NCBI GenBank assembly: GCA_963666275.2
Contig: CAXXOA010000001.1
Span: 1,952,001-2,016,000 of the forward strand
Reading direction: 5' to 3'
Length of the DNA: 64,000 bases
Origin: Oceanispirochaeta sp.
GTDB taxonomy: Bacteria > Spirochaetota > Spirochaetia > DSM-2461
The notes under the pieces: model-generated
Database searches by the model: none
What the model saw: the letters and a program-made list of their open reading frames with translations, nothing else
Told to the model about the DNA's origin: nothing
Translations under genes and position numbers: made by a program
In this document: positions 21,634-31,828 of the stretch, piece after piece
Position numbering within the stretch: the stretch's first letter is position 1
Layout of the letters: the number at the start of each line of letters is the position of its first letter

Positions 21634-23565
21634 TTAGTTTTCCAGATAATCTTTCAGCCTGCGGCTTCTTTTCGGATGCCTCAGCCTGCGTAATGCTTTC
21701 GCTTCGATCTGCCTGATCCTCTCACGGGTTACATTAAAATACAATCCAACCTCTTCCAGAGTCAAGGAATAACCATCTTCAAGACCGAATCGCATTTTAA
21801 GAACTTCCTGCTCCCTGGGAGGCAGAGTTTCAAGGACTTCCTGCAGCTGCTCCTGCAGTATTTTGAATGCCGTCTGGTTAGCGGGATTTTCCACATCTTT
21901 ATCTTCGATGAAATCCCCCAGAAGTGAATCCTCCTCCTCTCCGATGGGAGTTTCCAGTGAAATCGGTTCTCTGGCGACATTCTTAACGGATTTAACCCTG
22001 GAGACTGTCCATCCCAGGCGTTCCGCGATCTCTTCATCAGTCGGTTCCCGACCTTTAATCTGCATAAGCTGTCTGGATTCCCTGACAACTTTGTTGATCT
22101 GCTCAATCATATGCACGGGAACCCGGATAGTTCTTGCCTGATCGGATATGGATCTGGTGATTGCCTGACGAATCCACCAGGTAGCGTAGGTTGAAAACTT
22201 ATACCCTTTCCGGTACTCGAACTTCTCTACAGCCTTAATAAGCCCGATATTGCCTTCCTGAACCAGATCAAAGAAGTGCAGACCTCTATTGGTATACTTC
22301 TTGGCAATACTCACTACAAGCCGGAGGTTCGCTTTGATCAGCCTGTCCTTGGCATTTTTCATCATGGTCCGTCCATGATTTATATCCTGAGCTTTCAGAA
22401 GTACATCATCCGCTTTGTTTTCAAACTCAACTTCAAGATCATAAAGCTGTTTCTCGGCAACCTGAACCTGTCTGATCAGTTCCTTGATCTCATCGCTGGT
22501 CAAACCGAGGCTGTCCTCAATTTCCTGCCGTTTTGAACGGGAAGCCAGCCCTCTTCCGAGATTTCTGACCTCTTTCATGTTTGAAACACGGAGAGTCCGT
22601 TCTATTTTATCCTGCTTCTTTCGGTACTGTTTAATTTTTTTCGAAGCATTTATGTATTTTTCTGAAAGATAGAAGATTTCTTCCTGGTGGATATCAATAC
22701 CGATGATCTCTTCCAGCAGTGATTTTCTTTTTACAGTCAGCTTTTTGTCCGAAATGACATCACCGTCTGTAGAGGCAATTTTTTCCTTCATATCCATGTA
22801 CCCCTTGAGGGTCGGGAAAATTGCTTTCAGAGGCTCTCTGTAATACTGATTCAGTCGTCTCTTCTCGGCCAGATAGTCAGATATTTCCTTTTTTGAAAAG
22901 TTCATATCACGGGGATCCGCTTTGGAGAATGCTTTCTGAGCCAGTTTATAAAATTCCGGAATAATCATTCCTGATGTTTTCAGGATATTCTTAATGATCT
23001 CTTCCCCTTCTTCCATCTGTTTGGAAAGTTCCACTTCCTGCTGGGCAGTGAGCAGATTCTCTTTTCCAATTTCTCTCAGATAGAGACGGATCGGGTCATC
23101 AATGGAGGCTTCTTTTTCGTTGAAGACGAGTTTTTTACTCTCTTCTTCCTCGTCATCATCCTCATCTTTGGAATCATCATCGTCTTCTTTATCCAGATCA
23201 AGTTCATCTTCATCAATGATTCCGTCATCGTCTCCGGTAATATCTACAGAGTCGTCATCACTGCCGTCGGAAACAACAGGAGTGGCTCCTTCAACAATGA
23301 TGGGTTCATCATCAAGATCATTGAGATCATCTTCATCAAGATCCTCTTCAAGATCCTCTTCCTGATCCACATCATCCATGGAAGGTTCCTCTTCCATAAT
23401 GGTAATGTTCTGTTTTTCAAGAAGGGTAATGACCTCTTCGATCTTTTCAGAATTCACAATATTATCGGGCAGTAACTCATTCATTTCATCATAAGTTATG
23501 CGCTTCTTGTCTTTTACGTATTCTAATAACTTAACAATTGCGGGGTCAGTACTGATTTCTGACAT
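21634..23565 (-). CDS. rpoD: Primary RNA polymerase sigma factor
   Basis: [48 protein letters not shown]; follows dnaG. Confidence 0.98.
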   Translation of the reverse strand: MSEISTDPAIVKLLEYVKDKKRITYDEMNELLPDNIVNSEKIEEVITLLEKQNITIMEEEPSMDDVDQEEDLEEDLDEDDLNDLDDEPIIVEGATPVVSDGSDDDSVDITGDDDGIIDEDELDLDKEDDDDSKDEDDDEEEESKKLVFNEKEASIDDPIRLYLREIGKENLLTAQQEVELSKQMEEGEEIIKNILKTSGMIIPEFYKLAQKAFSKADPRDMNFSKKEISDYLAEKRRLNQYYREPLKAIFPTLKGYMDMKEKIASTDGDVISDKKLTVKRKSLLEEIIGIDIHQEEIFYLSEKYINASKKIKQYRKKQDKIERTLRVSNMKEVRNLGRGLASRSKRQEIEDSLGLTSDEIKELIRQVQVAEKQLYDLEVEFENKADDVLLKAQDINHGRTMMKNAKDRLIKANLRLVVSIAKKYTNRGLHFFDLVQEGNIGLIKAVEKFEYRKGYKFSTYATWWIRQAITRSISDQARTIRVPVHMIEQINKVVRESRQLMQIKGREPTDEEIAERLGWTVSRVKSVKNVAREPISLETPIGEEEDSLLGDFIEDKDVENPANQTAFKILQEQLQEVLETLPPREQEVLKMRFGLEDGYSLTLEEVGLYFNVTRERIRQIEAKALRRLRHPKRSRRLKDYLEN

Positions 23566-25334
23566 TAGTCCCTCACCTTCAATTCAACAATTTCTTGATC
23601 CAGGGATTTTTTTTCATTGATTAATTCATTAATCATATCCCAGGATATATTTTCTTTTTCGGCACGATTCAGGAGACGGCTTATCTCCAGACTTCTAGCT
23701 TCCAGCTGACGGGATTTAACAAGTTTCAAAGTATTCTTTATCACCTGTTCCGCGTCCGCATCCATTTCACCTGTCGAAATCTTTTCAACAAGCATTTTTT
23801 TCACAGAATCATCTCCAATTCTCAACAGAAGCTGCTCAATTTTACTTTCATTATTTTCAACACTGTCTTCCAGAGCTTTATATAAAACTACTGCTCTCTC
23901 ATCATGAAAGTCAAATTTACTGATATTTTCCTTCAGATACGGAAAAAAGTCTCTATTGATAGAGACTGCCAACATGAGGAAAAATTCATCTGTCATTTTC
24001 TGGTTCTGATAGATTTCGGGCTTTTTCTCTTCTTTCTTCCTGGACTGTTGATTTGTATGCCGATTCATATCCACAACGAGAGCTTTATTATTCACTCCCA
24101 GGGTTTCTGACAGCATTCCAAGACAAGCATCCCTTTTAATCTCAGAACCAATTGATTCAATATACGGAAATAATTCCTTTACTACCTGCTCCTTGCCTTC
24201 CGGTGTCCCGGTATCATAGGACACCATTGTGTAATCTAACAGAAATTGAAAAACTTGGACAGGCCTATTCACCATGTTTTTCAATGTTTCTGCTCCTTCT
24301 CTCTCTATTATATCCGCTGGATCAGATTTTTCAGGCAATTTTATCACCTGAAGCTGCAAACCCTGCTGTTCAGATATAATAGCGGCTTTGAATGTCGCCT
24401 TCATCCCGGCATCATCGCTGTCAAAAATGACATACCCTTTGGTGGCATACCTTTTTAAAAGTTTGGCCTGACCTTCTGTAAAAGCGGTTCCCAGAGGAGC
24501 CATTGCCGAAGTAAAACCGCTCTGATAGAGGGCGAGGACATCGACATTTCCTTCGCAGAGATAGAATTCTCTTGTTTTCCTCAGACTGTCCCTGCTCTGC
24601 CAGAGACCGTAAAGCAGCTCGCTCTTCTTATAGAGCCTTGTCTCGGGAGAGTTGATATACTTCGGTACATTCTTATCATTCTTCATTGTTCTCCCGCTGA
24701 AGGCAACAACATCTCCCTGATTGGAATAGACCGGAAACATCAGCCTGTCGGAAAACAGGCATCGCCGGGGATTTTTTTTGGTAAACAGGCCGGATTCCAG
24801 AAGAAAATCTTCCGAGTAGTTTCGGCTTTTCAGAAAACCATACAGCCAGAAGGAGTCGTCCGGAGCGTAACCCAGCTGAAATCTTTCGATTGTATCTTCA
24901 TGAATCCCACGGTTAGCCAGATACTGTCTGGCTTCTGCTGCTTTAGGATTATTCATTAAAATATAATGCATGCTGCCGGAGACCCTGTTATACAGTTCTT
25001 TCAGAGCATTTTTCTGTATTCCCGCAGTTTCATCATACTGGGATTCGGGGATGACAATTCCCTTTTTCTCCGCAATGAACCGGACTGATTCAATAAAGGA
25101 GAGATTCTCAGCCTCCATGATAAACTGAAAAAAACCGCCGCCCTTATGGCATCCGAAACAGTAATAGACACTCCGTTCGGGAATAACGGAAAACGAAGGG
25201 GTTTTCTCATTGTGAAAAGGACAGCAGCCCCAGTAACGGTCCCCTTTCCGGGACAGGGCTGTATACTCCCCCACAATTTCAAGAAAATCGACTTTTTCCT
25301 GAATTTCCTCAATCACCGTTTCGGGAATTCTCAT
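23565..25334 (-). CDS. dnaG: DNA primase
   Basis: [11 protein letters not shown]...CFGC zinc finger, [27 protein letters not shown]. Confidence 0.97.
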   Translation of the reverse strand: MRIPETVIEEIQEKVDFLEIVGEYTALSRKGDRYWGCCPFHNEKTPSFSVIPERSVYYCFGCHKGGGFFQFIMEAENLSFIESVRFIAEKKGIVIPESQYDETAGIQKNALKELYNRVSGSMHYILMNNPKAAEARQYLANRGIHEDTIERFQLGYAPDDSFWLYGFLKSRNYSEDFLLESGLFTKKNPRRCLFSDRLMFPVYSNQGDVVAFSGRTMKNDKNVPKYINSPETRLYKKSELLYGLWQSRDSLRKTREFYLCEGNVDVLALYQSGFTSAMAPLGTAFTEGQAKLLKRYATKGYVIFDSDDAGMKATFKAAIISEQQGLQLQVIKLPEKSDPADIIEREGAETLKNMVNRPVQVFQFLLDYTMVSYDTGTPEGKEQVVKELFPYIESIGSEIKRDACLGMLSETLGVNNKALVVDMNRHTNQQSRKKEEKKPEIYQNQKMTDEFFLMLAVSINRDFFPYLKENISKFDFHDERAVVLYKALEDSVENNESKIEQLLLRIGDDSVKKMLVEKISTGEMDADAEQVIKNTLKLVKSRQLEARSLEISRLLNRAEKENISWDMINELINEKKSLDQEIVELKVRD

Positions 25335-25337
25335 AGA

Positions 25338-26369
25338 TTACTTACTCCGGAATCCTTCCAGGTAGAGCTGACGGGCCTGATTATGATCGGACAGGTTAGA
25401 AGTAAATGTATGAGTTCCCTGAGCCGCGTTTTCCACGACAAAGAACAGATAGTCCGTCTGAGCCGGATTGAAGGCGGCATTAAGAGCCACATACCCGGGA
25501 TTGGCAATCGGAGCCGGAGGAAGAGCCGGATTGAAATAGGTATTGAAAGGGGATTCAACTTCAAGGTCCCTGAGGAAAATCCTGTCGGGATGGGGCTTCC
25601 CCAGCTCTTCTGTCAAGACATATATGACAGTGGCACAGGACTGAAGAGGCATACCGATTTTAAGCCTGTTATAGAATACTGATGCGATTAGAGGCGCTTC
25701 CCGCCCAACCCGGTACTCTTTTTCTATAATAGAGGCAAGAATCACTTTCTCCATCATTTTTTCGTCTGAGAACTCCTTATAATAAGGATAGATCTCTCCA
25801 AGATTATCGAAAAAAGTGGCAACAAGATGAGAGAGGACCTTTTCTGAGGGAAAATTTTCCTGAAACCGGTATGTATCAGGAAATAGGTATCCTTCCAGAG
25901 AGGGACTGACCACACCCAGAGAAGCCGCGAATTCGGGGGATCCGACAAGATCCAGAAACTCTTCTTCCGAGACAATTATCCCTGCTTCTTTCAGTATGGA
26001 CGCAATCTGCCGCGATGTCAGCCCTTCGGGAATTGTTACTTTTATAAGCTCCTGAATACCCTGCTCAAAAAGATCCAGAATTTCCAGAGGAGACAAGTCC
26101 CCACTGACTGTATAATTTCCGCTTTTGATTATCGGGGCATGAAAAAACTTGATATAGATTTTCAGAACCGTCCCGTCGGGAATGAGCCCGGCCTCTTCCA
26201 GCCGATCTATTACCGAAAAGAGAGATTCTCCATTTTCAACTTTAAAAAGGACCGTATCACCCGTGCCGGCCACATTCACCGGCTGAAGATTTTTATAAGC
26301 GTAAAATACCGCACCTGCCAGAAAGGCCAGGAATAAAACTAAAACTATTATTAAAATTTTTCTGCCCAA
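25338..26369 (-). CDS. mltG: Endolytic transglycosylase MltG (YceG)
   Basis: TIPEG, LEGYLFPDTY, LASIIEKE, SPFNTY, PIANPG. Confidence 0.95.
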   Translation of the reverse strand: MGRKILIIVLVLFLAFLAGAVFYAYKNLQPVNVAGTGDTVLFKVENGESLFSVIDRLEEAGLIPDGTVLKIYIKFFHAPIIKSGNYTVSGDLSPLEILDLFEQGIQELIKVTIPEGLTSRQIASILKEAGIIVSEEEFLDLVGSPEFAASLGVVSPSLEGYLFPDTYRFQENFPSEKVLSHLVATFFDNLGEIYPYYKEFSDEKMMEKVILASIIEKEYRVGREAPLIASVFYNRLKIGMPLQSCATVIYVLTEELGKPHPDRIFLRDLEVESPFNTYFNPALPPAPIANPGYVALNAAFNPAQTDYLFFVVENAAQGTHTFTSNLSDHNQARQLYLEGFRSK

Positions 26370-26564
26370 TTAAGGCTCTCCTGTAAAATGGGATTCAAAC
26401 TGCTGGATCTCGGAAATTGTGAAACAGGAAAAGATAATCCCTTCCACTTTCCTGGCAACCTTCTGCATAAGCGGATCCAGATCATCGTATCTGTTATTGA
26501 GATCTATATAGAGAGAGATAATCTCATCTTTCTCTAGGGGGATATTCCACACCTGATCGAACAT
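26370..26564 (-). CDS. Small hypothetical protein
   Basis: Fills the gap between the MBL gene and mltG; its stop abuts the mltG TTG. Confidence 0.6.
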   Translation of the reverse strand: MFDQVWNIPLEKDEIISLYIDLNNRYDDLDPLMQKVARKVEGIIFSCFTISEIQQFESHFTGEP

Positions 26565-26578
26565 GCTCTACCTATCTG

Positions 26579-27523
26579 TTAGAATGTAATTTCAATTCCC
26601 TCTTTTGCCAGAAATACATTGACTTCCGGCAAACCTTTGGATCTTTGCGTATACCATCTGGCAGATCGGAGAATTGAAGCCATTTTCTTATCATCATATA
26701 AAGGTTCATGATGAAAAAGGTACAAATCTTTTATCCCGAATTCAATAGCAAAATCCACAGCCATACTGTAGGAAGAGTGACCCCAGTCATATTTCTCGAA
26801 GGCTTCTCCCAGGGTATACTGGGCATCCAGGATAATCGCATCGGCGTCCTGAAAAAAACTCATATTCCGGGGTGTGCGCTGAAAATCCTTCTGACGCAGT
26901 TCCGTATCGGATGAATAGATCAGAGAATGCTCTCCTGATGCTATTTTATAGGCAAACGAACCATTGGGATGACTCCTTTTGATCCAGCTTATCTCTGTAT
27001 CACCCAGCATCATGGAATCTCCGGTGAGGACATGAAACTCGATGTTAGCGTTAAAAGAATCAAAACCAACGGGATGAAAAGGTTTTGTCATAAAATCCCC
27101 GAGGATCTGTTCCATTTTCGGATAGGGGCTGTAGAAATGCATAACCGAATCGGGATTGTACATGGCTCCGAAATAGGGAAGCCCCAGCAGATGATCGTAA
27201 TGAAAATGACTGAAAAAGATATGATAGGTTTTTATCTCTTCATTGTGTTTGCGTATTGACCTTTCCATCTCTCTGAGGCCGGTTCCGCAATCAAATACAA
27301 TGACTTCATTCTCTTTTACACGGGCTTCAACACAGGCAGTATTTCCACCGGTGGTACCGAACAGGTATTCAGGAAGGCCTGCCAGAAACAGTTCCTTGGA
27401 CTCGGGAGAGACAAGATCAGAAGGTTTAACCCTTTGAATGACAGCGGCTATCTTTGTTCTGACAGCATCCGGTGTAAGAGGCGTCGGAGAGGATCCCCTG
27501 ACACCCCACAGCTTGATTTTCAT
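26579..27523 (-). CDS. MBL-fold metallo-hydrolase
   Basis: WGVRGS, DCGTG, SHFHYDH (HxHxDH), DAQYT, WGHSS, FHHEP. Confidence 0.9.
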   Translation of the reverse strand: MKIKLWGVRGSSPTPLTPDAVRTKIAAVIQRVKPSDLVSPESKELFLAGLPEYLFGTTGGNTACVEARVKENEVIVFDCGTGLREMERSIRKHNEEIKTYHIFFSHFHYDHLLGLPYFGAMYNPDSVMHFYSPYPKMEQILGDFMTKPFHPVGFDSFNANIEFHVLTGDSMMLGDTEISWIKRSHPNGSFAYKIASGEHSLIYSSDTELRQKDFQRTPRNMSFFQDADAIILDAQYTLGEAFEKYDWGHSSYSMAVDFAIEFGIKDLYLFHHEPLYDDKKMASILRSARWYTQRSKGLPEVNVFLAKEGIEITF

Positions 27524-27550
27524 TCACCCTCCCGCAGATATTCTTTTAAG

Positions 27551-27988
27551 CTACGGCTTATACGGTTTCTCTTTTGCCATATCTGAAAGCCAGCGGTCGA
27601 TCTCTCTGGGAGTATGATTCCCGCCCTGGTTCATCCCCGGACAACTCTGAGCTTCCCTGTCCCATGACTCCCGGGAGTCCATAACAGCCGGCCAGAAAGG
27701 ATAACTCCTGCATTGAAGAGGCCTGACCGGATAAATGGAACAGCCAAGCCCGTCCTGCCAGAAAATGCAGTCATAATTACTCTTTTCCTGCAGGCTCACT
27801 TTCTTAAAAAAACCGATATCTATTATTCTACAGTATTTTTTTAGAAAATCCTCTTCATTCATAGATAAATGATCAACAATCCCCTGAAAATCATTCTCTG
27901 ATAAAAAGACATAACCAGGCTCGTGCCGACAGCAGTGCCCGCACTGAGTACAGGAGAAATTTAATCCATCTTTATAAAATTTTTTCAT
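27551..27988 (-). CDS. YkgJ-family cysteine-cluster protein (start moved to ATG 27988 because the longer ORF runs through the tRNA terminator)
   Basis: CTQCGHCC, CIFW, CSIYPVRPLQCRSYPFW, CPG. Confidence 0.88.
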   Translation of the reverse strand: MKKFYKDGLNFSCTQCGHCCRHEPGYVFLSENDFQGIVDHLSMNEEDFLKKYCRIIDIGFFKKVSLQEKSNYDCIFWQDGLGCSIYPVRPLQCRSYPFWPAVMDSRESWDREAQSCPGMNQGGNHTPREIDRWLSDMAKEKPYKP

Positions 27989-28002
27989 AGTTTGTCTCAA
28001 AT

Positions 28003-28033
28003 AAAAAAAGCCTTCTCCGATGAGAAGGCTTTT
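28003..28033 (-). terminator. Rho-independent terminator of the tRNA operon
   Basis: Minus strand AAAGCCTTCTC-ATCG-GAGAAGGCTTTTTTT. Confidence 0.85.
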
Positions 28034-28035
28034 CA

Positions 28036-28116
28036 TGGGGAGAGAAGGATTTGAACCTTCGAAGCCGAAGCAACAGATTTACAGTCTGCCCCCTTTGACC
28101 ACTCGGGAACCTCCCC
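28036..28116 (-). tRNA. tRNA-Tyr(GTA), copy 2; CCA not encoded
   Basis: GGGGAGGTTCCCGAGTGGTCAAAGGGGGCAGACTGTAAATCTG...GGTTCAAATCCTTCTCTCCCCA; long variable arm. Confidence 0.96.
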
Positions 28117-28136
28117 GTGTCATATTTGTTCCGTAT

Positions 28137-28210
28137 AGCCTTCTGTCAGATTCGAACTGACGACCCCGAGATTACAAGTCACGTGCTCTGGCCAGCTGAG
28201 CTAAGAAGGC
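28137..28210 (-). tRNA. tRNA-Thr(TGT); CCA not encoded
   Basis: GCCTTCTTAGCTCAGCTGGCCAGAGCACGTGACTTGTAATCTCGGGGTCGTCAGTTCGAATCTGACAGAAGGCT. Confidence 0.94.
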
Positions 28211-28215
28211 ATGTA

Positions 28216-28296
28216 TGGGGAGAGAAGGATTTGAACCTTCGAAGCCGAAGCAACAGATTTACAGTCTGCCCCCTTTGACCACTCGGGAACCTCCCC
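28216..28296 (-). tRNA. tRNA-Tyr(GTA), copy 1; identical to 28036-28116
   Basis: Same 81-nt sequence offset by 180 bp. Confidence 0.96.
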
Positions 28297-28347
28297 GGAA
28301 CGTATATAACTGTGTGTCTTTCAGGCTACAGCCCGTCGACGTTCAGT

Positions 28348-28376
28348 AAATTAAATAAATCCCTGAAAAATGTCAA
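28348..28376 (-). promoter_or_regulatory. Putative sigma70 promoter of the tRNA operon
   Basis: Minus strand TTGACA-N17-TAATTT, overlapping the 3' end of the M24 gene. Confidence 0.6.
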
Positions 28377-29154
28377 TAGAATCTAACATTTTTATTTCGG
28401 GAATATTCAAACACCGGGCCTGTCCCTCCTGAATGTACACCATATGCTCAAAGTACGATGTTTTTGTCCTTCCGGAAGTTACATACTTATTAAAAGCATT
28501 TCTGCAGACAGTTTCTCCCCGGTAAATGATGACCGGTTCCACCGTAAAAAGCCATTGATCCTGCCATTTCCCGGTATCATCATCATCGCAATAAAAACTG
28601 ATTTCCGGTTCATCATGGACTTTAAGCCCGACTCCGTGTCCCCTGGCCTCGGGAAGGATGGCAAAGGGTGTTTTTTCAAGATATTTGTGAAGAGTTTTCT
28701 GCATCTGACGAACACTTTCCCCGGAGCGGATTTCCCCGACGGCCTGTCTGGCAATCTCCCAGGAGGTTTCAATGAGACTCCGATCCTCTGTGCTCAGCTC
28801 TCCGCAGCCATAGGTCCAGGCTCCATCACTGTAACGCCCACCTTTTTCAAGGACCATATCGATGGTGAGAATATCTCCGGAGCACAGACAAACATTACCC
28901 GGAGGATTATGATAAACCTGATCATTAACATTGAAATGAAGAAAAGGCACGTGAATACCGCCCGGATCTGCTTCCAGAACTTTCTCAAGTACAATCGCAG
29001 CCAGTTTCTCTGTAGAAATACCCGGTTTTACGGAGGATCCGATCTCCTGAAAAATACTGTGACTGATCCTTGCCAGTGAGGAAATCGCCTTTAAATCCTT
29101 TCCTTCCATCCCAGACTCAGGGGATGGAAAAAGATCTGAAAATAGACTTTTCAC
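28351..29154 (-). CDS. M24-family metallopeptidase, type I methionine aminopeptidase-like (divergent)
   Basis: Metal ligands present: IDMV...SDGAWT, GHGVGLKVHDEP, FTVEP, FEHMV. Confidence 0.8.
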   Translation of the reverse strand: MKSLFSDLFPSPESGMEGKDLKAISSLARISHSIFQEIGSSVKPGISTEKLAAIVLEKVLEADPGGIHVPFLHFNVNDQVYHNPPGNVCLCSGDILTIDMVLEKGGRYSDGAWTYGCGELSTEDRSLIETSWEIARQAVGEIRSGESVRQMQKTLHKYLEKTPFAILPEARGHGVGLKVHDEPEISFYCDDDDTGKWQDQWLFTVEPVIIYRGETVCRNAFNKYVTSGRTKTSYFEHMVYIQEGQARCLNIPEIKMLDSIDIFQGFI

Positions 29155-29156
29155 AT

Positions 29157-29510
29157 TCAGGAGCGATCGCTTCTCAGCGTTCCCGCATTTCCGAGGTAGA
29201 CCGGTACTGCCGGGTTTTCCGTTCCATTGAAAGTGACCATGACCCGCAGCATCATTTTCTGGGGAAAATCAGCGCAGACAGGCTCCTGTGTACAGAACAG
29301 GGGAGCGGTATTGTATTGCCGGGCTACCCTGAGAGCTTTGGCCGGATTAAAAGAGATATCCGGAGTCTGGGAAAAAATAATACTGATGACATCGTTTTCC
29401 TGAAAACCATTACTGCTCTGAAGCTTATCAAACAGATCTCCCACTTTATCCTGCAGATCTTTTTCACTATCTGAATCGAGAGACACAGCTCCTCTTACAG
29501 CCTTTACCAT
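29157..29510 (-). CDS. aroH: AroH-class chorismate mutase
   Basis: VRGA, NPAKALR, PLFCTQEP, LRVMV, VYLGNAGTLRSD. Confidence 0.9.
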   Translation of the reverse strand: MVKAVRGAVSLDSDSEKDLQDKVGDLFDKLQSSNGFQENDVISIIFSQTPDISFNPAKALRVARQYNTAPLFCTQEPVCADFPQKMMLRVMVTFNGTENPAVPVYLGNAGTLRSDRS

Positions 29511-29533
29511 ATTCCTGAACCGTCCTTAAATAA

Positions 29534-29887
29534 CTATATATTTACCTTTTCTATGAATTTGAAAAGAAAACTGACTGAAAAATAGAAAACCGCCACAATA
29601 AAAATCATTAAAAAGTACTTTATGAAAAAGAAAATGGAATTTTTTTTCCTTTTACCGGGAATAAAAATGAGCACAAAAACATTCAACAGGGATGCACAGA
29701 AAAAAATATAAAAAAAGATTTTCATCAGACTGAAAAGAAAATACTGTGTTGCATCGGCAAAGCCCTGAAAATTCCCGATTATATAAAGAAAAAAAACTGA
29801 AACAGAAAGGACAAAAAGAAAAACCACAAGCCTCGTCAGAAACCAGGGAAGCCATATATCCCGTTTCAGTTTATTTAATCGTTTCAT
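29534..29887 (-). CDS. Hypothetical 3-TM membrane protein (probable start MKRLNKL at 29887)
   Basis: Hydrophobic ORF with YIIGNFQGF loop; co-oriented with aroH. Confidence 0.6.
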   Translation of the reverse strand: MKRLNKLKRDIWLPWFLTRLVVFLFVLSVSVFFLYIIGNFQGFADATQYFLFSLMKIFFYIFFCASLLNVFVLIFIPGKRKKNSIFFFIKYFLMIFIVAVFYFSVSFLFKFIEKVNI

Positions 29888-29999
29888 TGAAAAAATATTA
29901 TCACAACATCCTGATCCCTGCATATCCCTTGCGGACCGGGGTTAACAGGAAGGATTATCTGCTATTGCCAGAAGGGATTTTTAATCTTAAAATCAAACT

Positions 30000-30932
30000 A
30001 TGTTTCAAACCAGATTCAATAGCAGGGATACTGAGACGCTTGACATGCAGCCTTTTTTAAAGGAGCTTCATCAGGATTTTCTGGAAATGCAGCCAGAGAA
30101 AACATCCCTTTCATTCTCCTGCAGAGGATCAGAATCACCCATCAGAGCCGTTTTACTGGATATCTACGGGACTCTTCTGATTTCCGAAGCCGGAGACATA
30201 GGTTTGATCTCACAAAAATCAGATCAGGAATCAGGAGCTCGGGTATTTATCAATAGCAGAGAGACCCTGTTTCCCTACAGTCAGATCAGAGAAATACTTA
30301 CCACTCTTATAAAAGCGGAACACACGATAATCCGAAACAGAGATAGAGGCATAAAATATCCCGAAGTGGATATTATCCAGATATGGCATCTGGTATATAC
30401 CTATCTTGAAATAGAGTCTTTCACCATACAGGACCTGGCTAGAACGGCTCTTCATTTTGAGATTCAGACAAATAAAATATGGCTGATGCCTGAAACCGGC
30501 ACACTCATCACTTCCCTCAGAGAAAACTCTATCCCTTTCGGCATTGTCTCGAATGCTCAGTTCTATACACCGGTGTTTCTGGAGTATCTTATGGGTATGA
30601 CTCTGAAAGAGATGGGATTTTCAGAGAAACTCTGTTCATGGTCCTACCGGAAAGGAAGAGGAAAACCAGATCCAGTGATGTTTTCAGACCCTCTGCAGAT
30701 TCTGGCAGAAGAGTATTCCATTGATCCGGAAAATGTCCTTTATATAGGAAATGATATGCTTAATGATATTTTTGCAGCATCTGAGATGGGTTTACAGACA
30801 GCCCTTTTTGCCGGAGACAAACGATCTTTGCGACTGAGGGAAGACTGTCCTGAAGTGAAGGGATTAGAAGCCGACTATACACTGACAGAATTACAGCAGA
30901 TAATTCCATATATCGGGGAACGCACAAAATGA
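30000..30932 (+). CDS. HAD-superfamily hydrolase
   Basis: LLDIYGTL (motif I), VSNAQ, GKPDP, IGNDMLND. Confidence 0.88.
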   Translation: MFQTRFNSRDTETLDMQPFLKELHQDFLEMQPEKTSLSFSCRGSESPIRAVLLDIYGTLLISEAGDIGLISQKSDQESGARVFINSRETLFPYSQIREILTTLIKAEHTIIRNRDRGIKYPEVDIIQIWHLVYTYLEIESFTIQDLARTALHFEIQTNKIWLMPETGTLITSLRENSIPFGIVSNAQFYTPVFLEYLMGMTLKEMGFSEKLCSWSYRKGRGKPDPVMFSDPLQILAEEYSIDPENVLYIGNDMLNDIFAASEMGLQTALFAGDKRSLRLREDCPEVKGLEADYTLTELQQIIPYIGERTK

Positions 30933-31828
30933 AAAAAGAGAAAGCTCAGAACTTGCAGACGGAAAAAAAGAAAAAGAAAAATCATCTGAAAAGGATATCC
31001 AATACTCTGACTTTTCTGATACTCCTGGGATTTGCCGGATTTGTTTTCTATCTGGGCTGGGTACAATTTTCCATCCCTGAAAACCATTACGCCCTGGCAT
31101 TTACAAAAACAGGCGGTTACGATCCGTATCTTATGAAACCCGGAGAGTTCTACTGGCGCTGGGAAAATCTTTTTCCCACAAATATGGAGCTGCATATCTT
31201 TGAACTGCCATGGGAAGCGACTGATTTCAACCTGCAGGGTGAACTTCCCTCCGGAAGCGATTATGCTTCGATCCTGACAAATCCGGATGCTTTCAATTTT
31301 TCTCTCTCACTGAGGATGAATTTCAGAATGAATCCGGACAAGCTTATTTCCATGATTCAGAAGGAAGGCTTCACCTTTAAAGAAATTGAATCCTGGTACA
31401 CCCTTCTGCCGGAAGCTGCTGAAGCAAAAATCAAAAATTACATACTCCAGGAGATTCCTCTGGAAACAGCGGAATATACGAGGATAGAAGCCTCCATTCT
31501 GGAATACATGGAATCCCAGTTTCCCTATGCTGAATTTTCCGGATTCCACATCCACCGCTGGGAACTGCCGGATAAAACCTTATATGACCATACCAGAGAA
31601 ATATACCTTAACGGGATAAAATCCAACAGAGAGTACGCCGCGGAACTGGAGAAACAGAATGCCGAACTGGAAAGGCAGCTGAACAGTAAAATGGAACTTC
31701 TGAAAGATTACGGAAGCGTATTAACAGAATATCCGGTTCTACTGGAATACTTCAATCTTGAAAAAGAGAAAATTGACCCTATGATCTTCGGCTGGGAATC
31801 AGGACAGAATCAAGACTCCGAACCATAA
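30929..31828 (+). CDS. Membrane-anchored hypothetical protein, possibly SPFH/band-7-like
   Basis: Basic N-terminus, one TM, IPENHYAL...KTGG...KPGEFYWRW, C-terminal coiled coil; ATGA overlap with the HAD gene. Confidence 0.55.
   Translation: MKKEKAQNLQTEKKKKKNHLKRISNTLTFLILLGFAGFVFYLGWVQFSIPENHYALAFTKTGGYDPYLMKPGEFYWRWENLFPTNMELHIFELPWEATDFNLQGELPSGSDYASILTNPDAFNFSLSLRMNFRMNPDKLISMIQKEGFTFKEIESWYTLLPEAAEAKIKNYILQEIPLETAEYTRIEASILEYMESQFPYAEFSGFHIHRWELPDKTLYDHTREIYLNGIKSNREYAAELEKQNAELERQLNSKMELLKDYGSVLTEYPVLLEYFNLEKEKIDPMIFGWESGQNQDSEP

Noticed and set aside
23102..23365. Ser-rich plus-strand ORF
   Set aside because: Antisense shadow of the Asp/Glu-rich linker of RpoD
28036..28296. Duplicated tRNA-Tyr as attL/attR of an integrated element
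   Set aside because: Both copies are full length, only a tRNA lies between them, and there is no integrase
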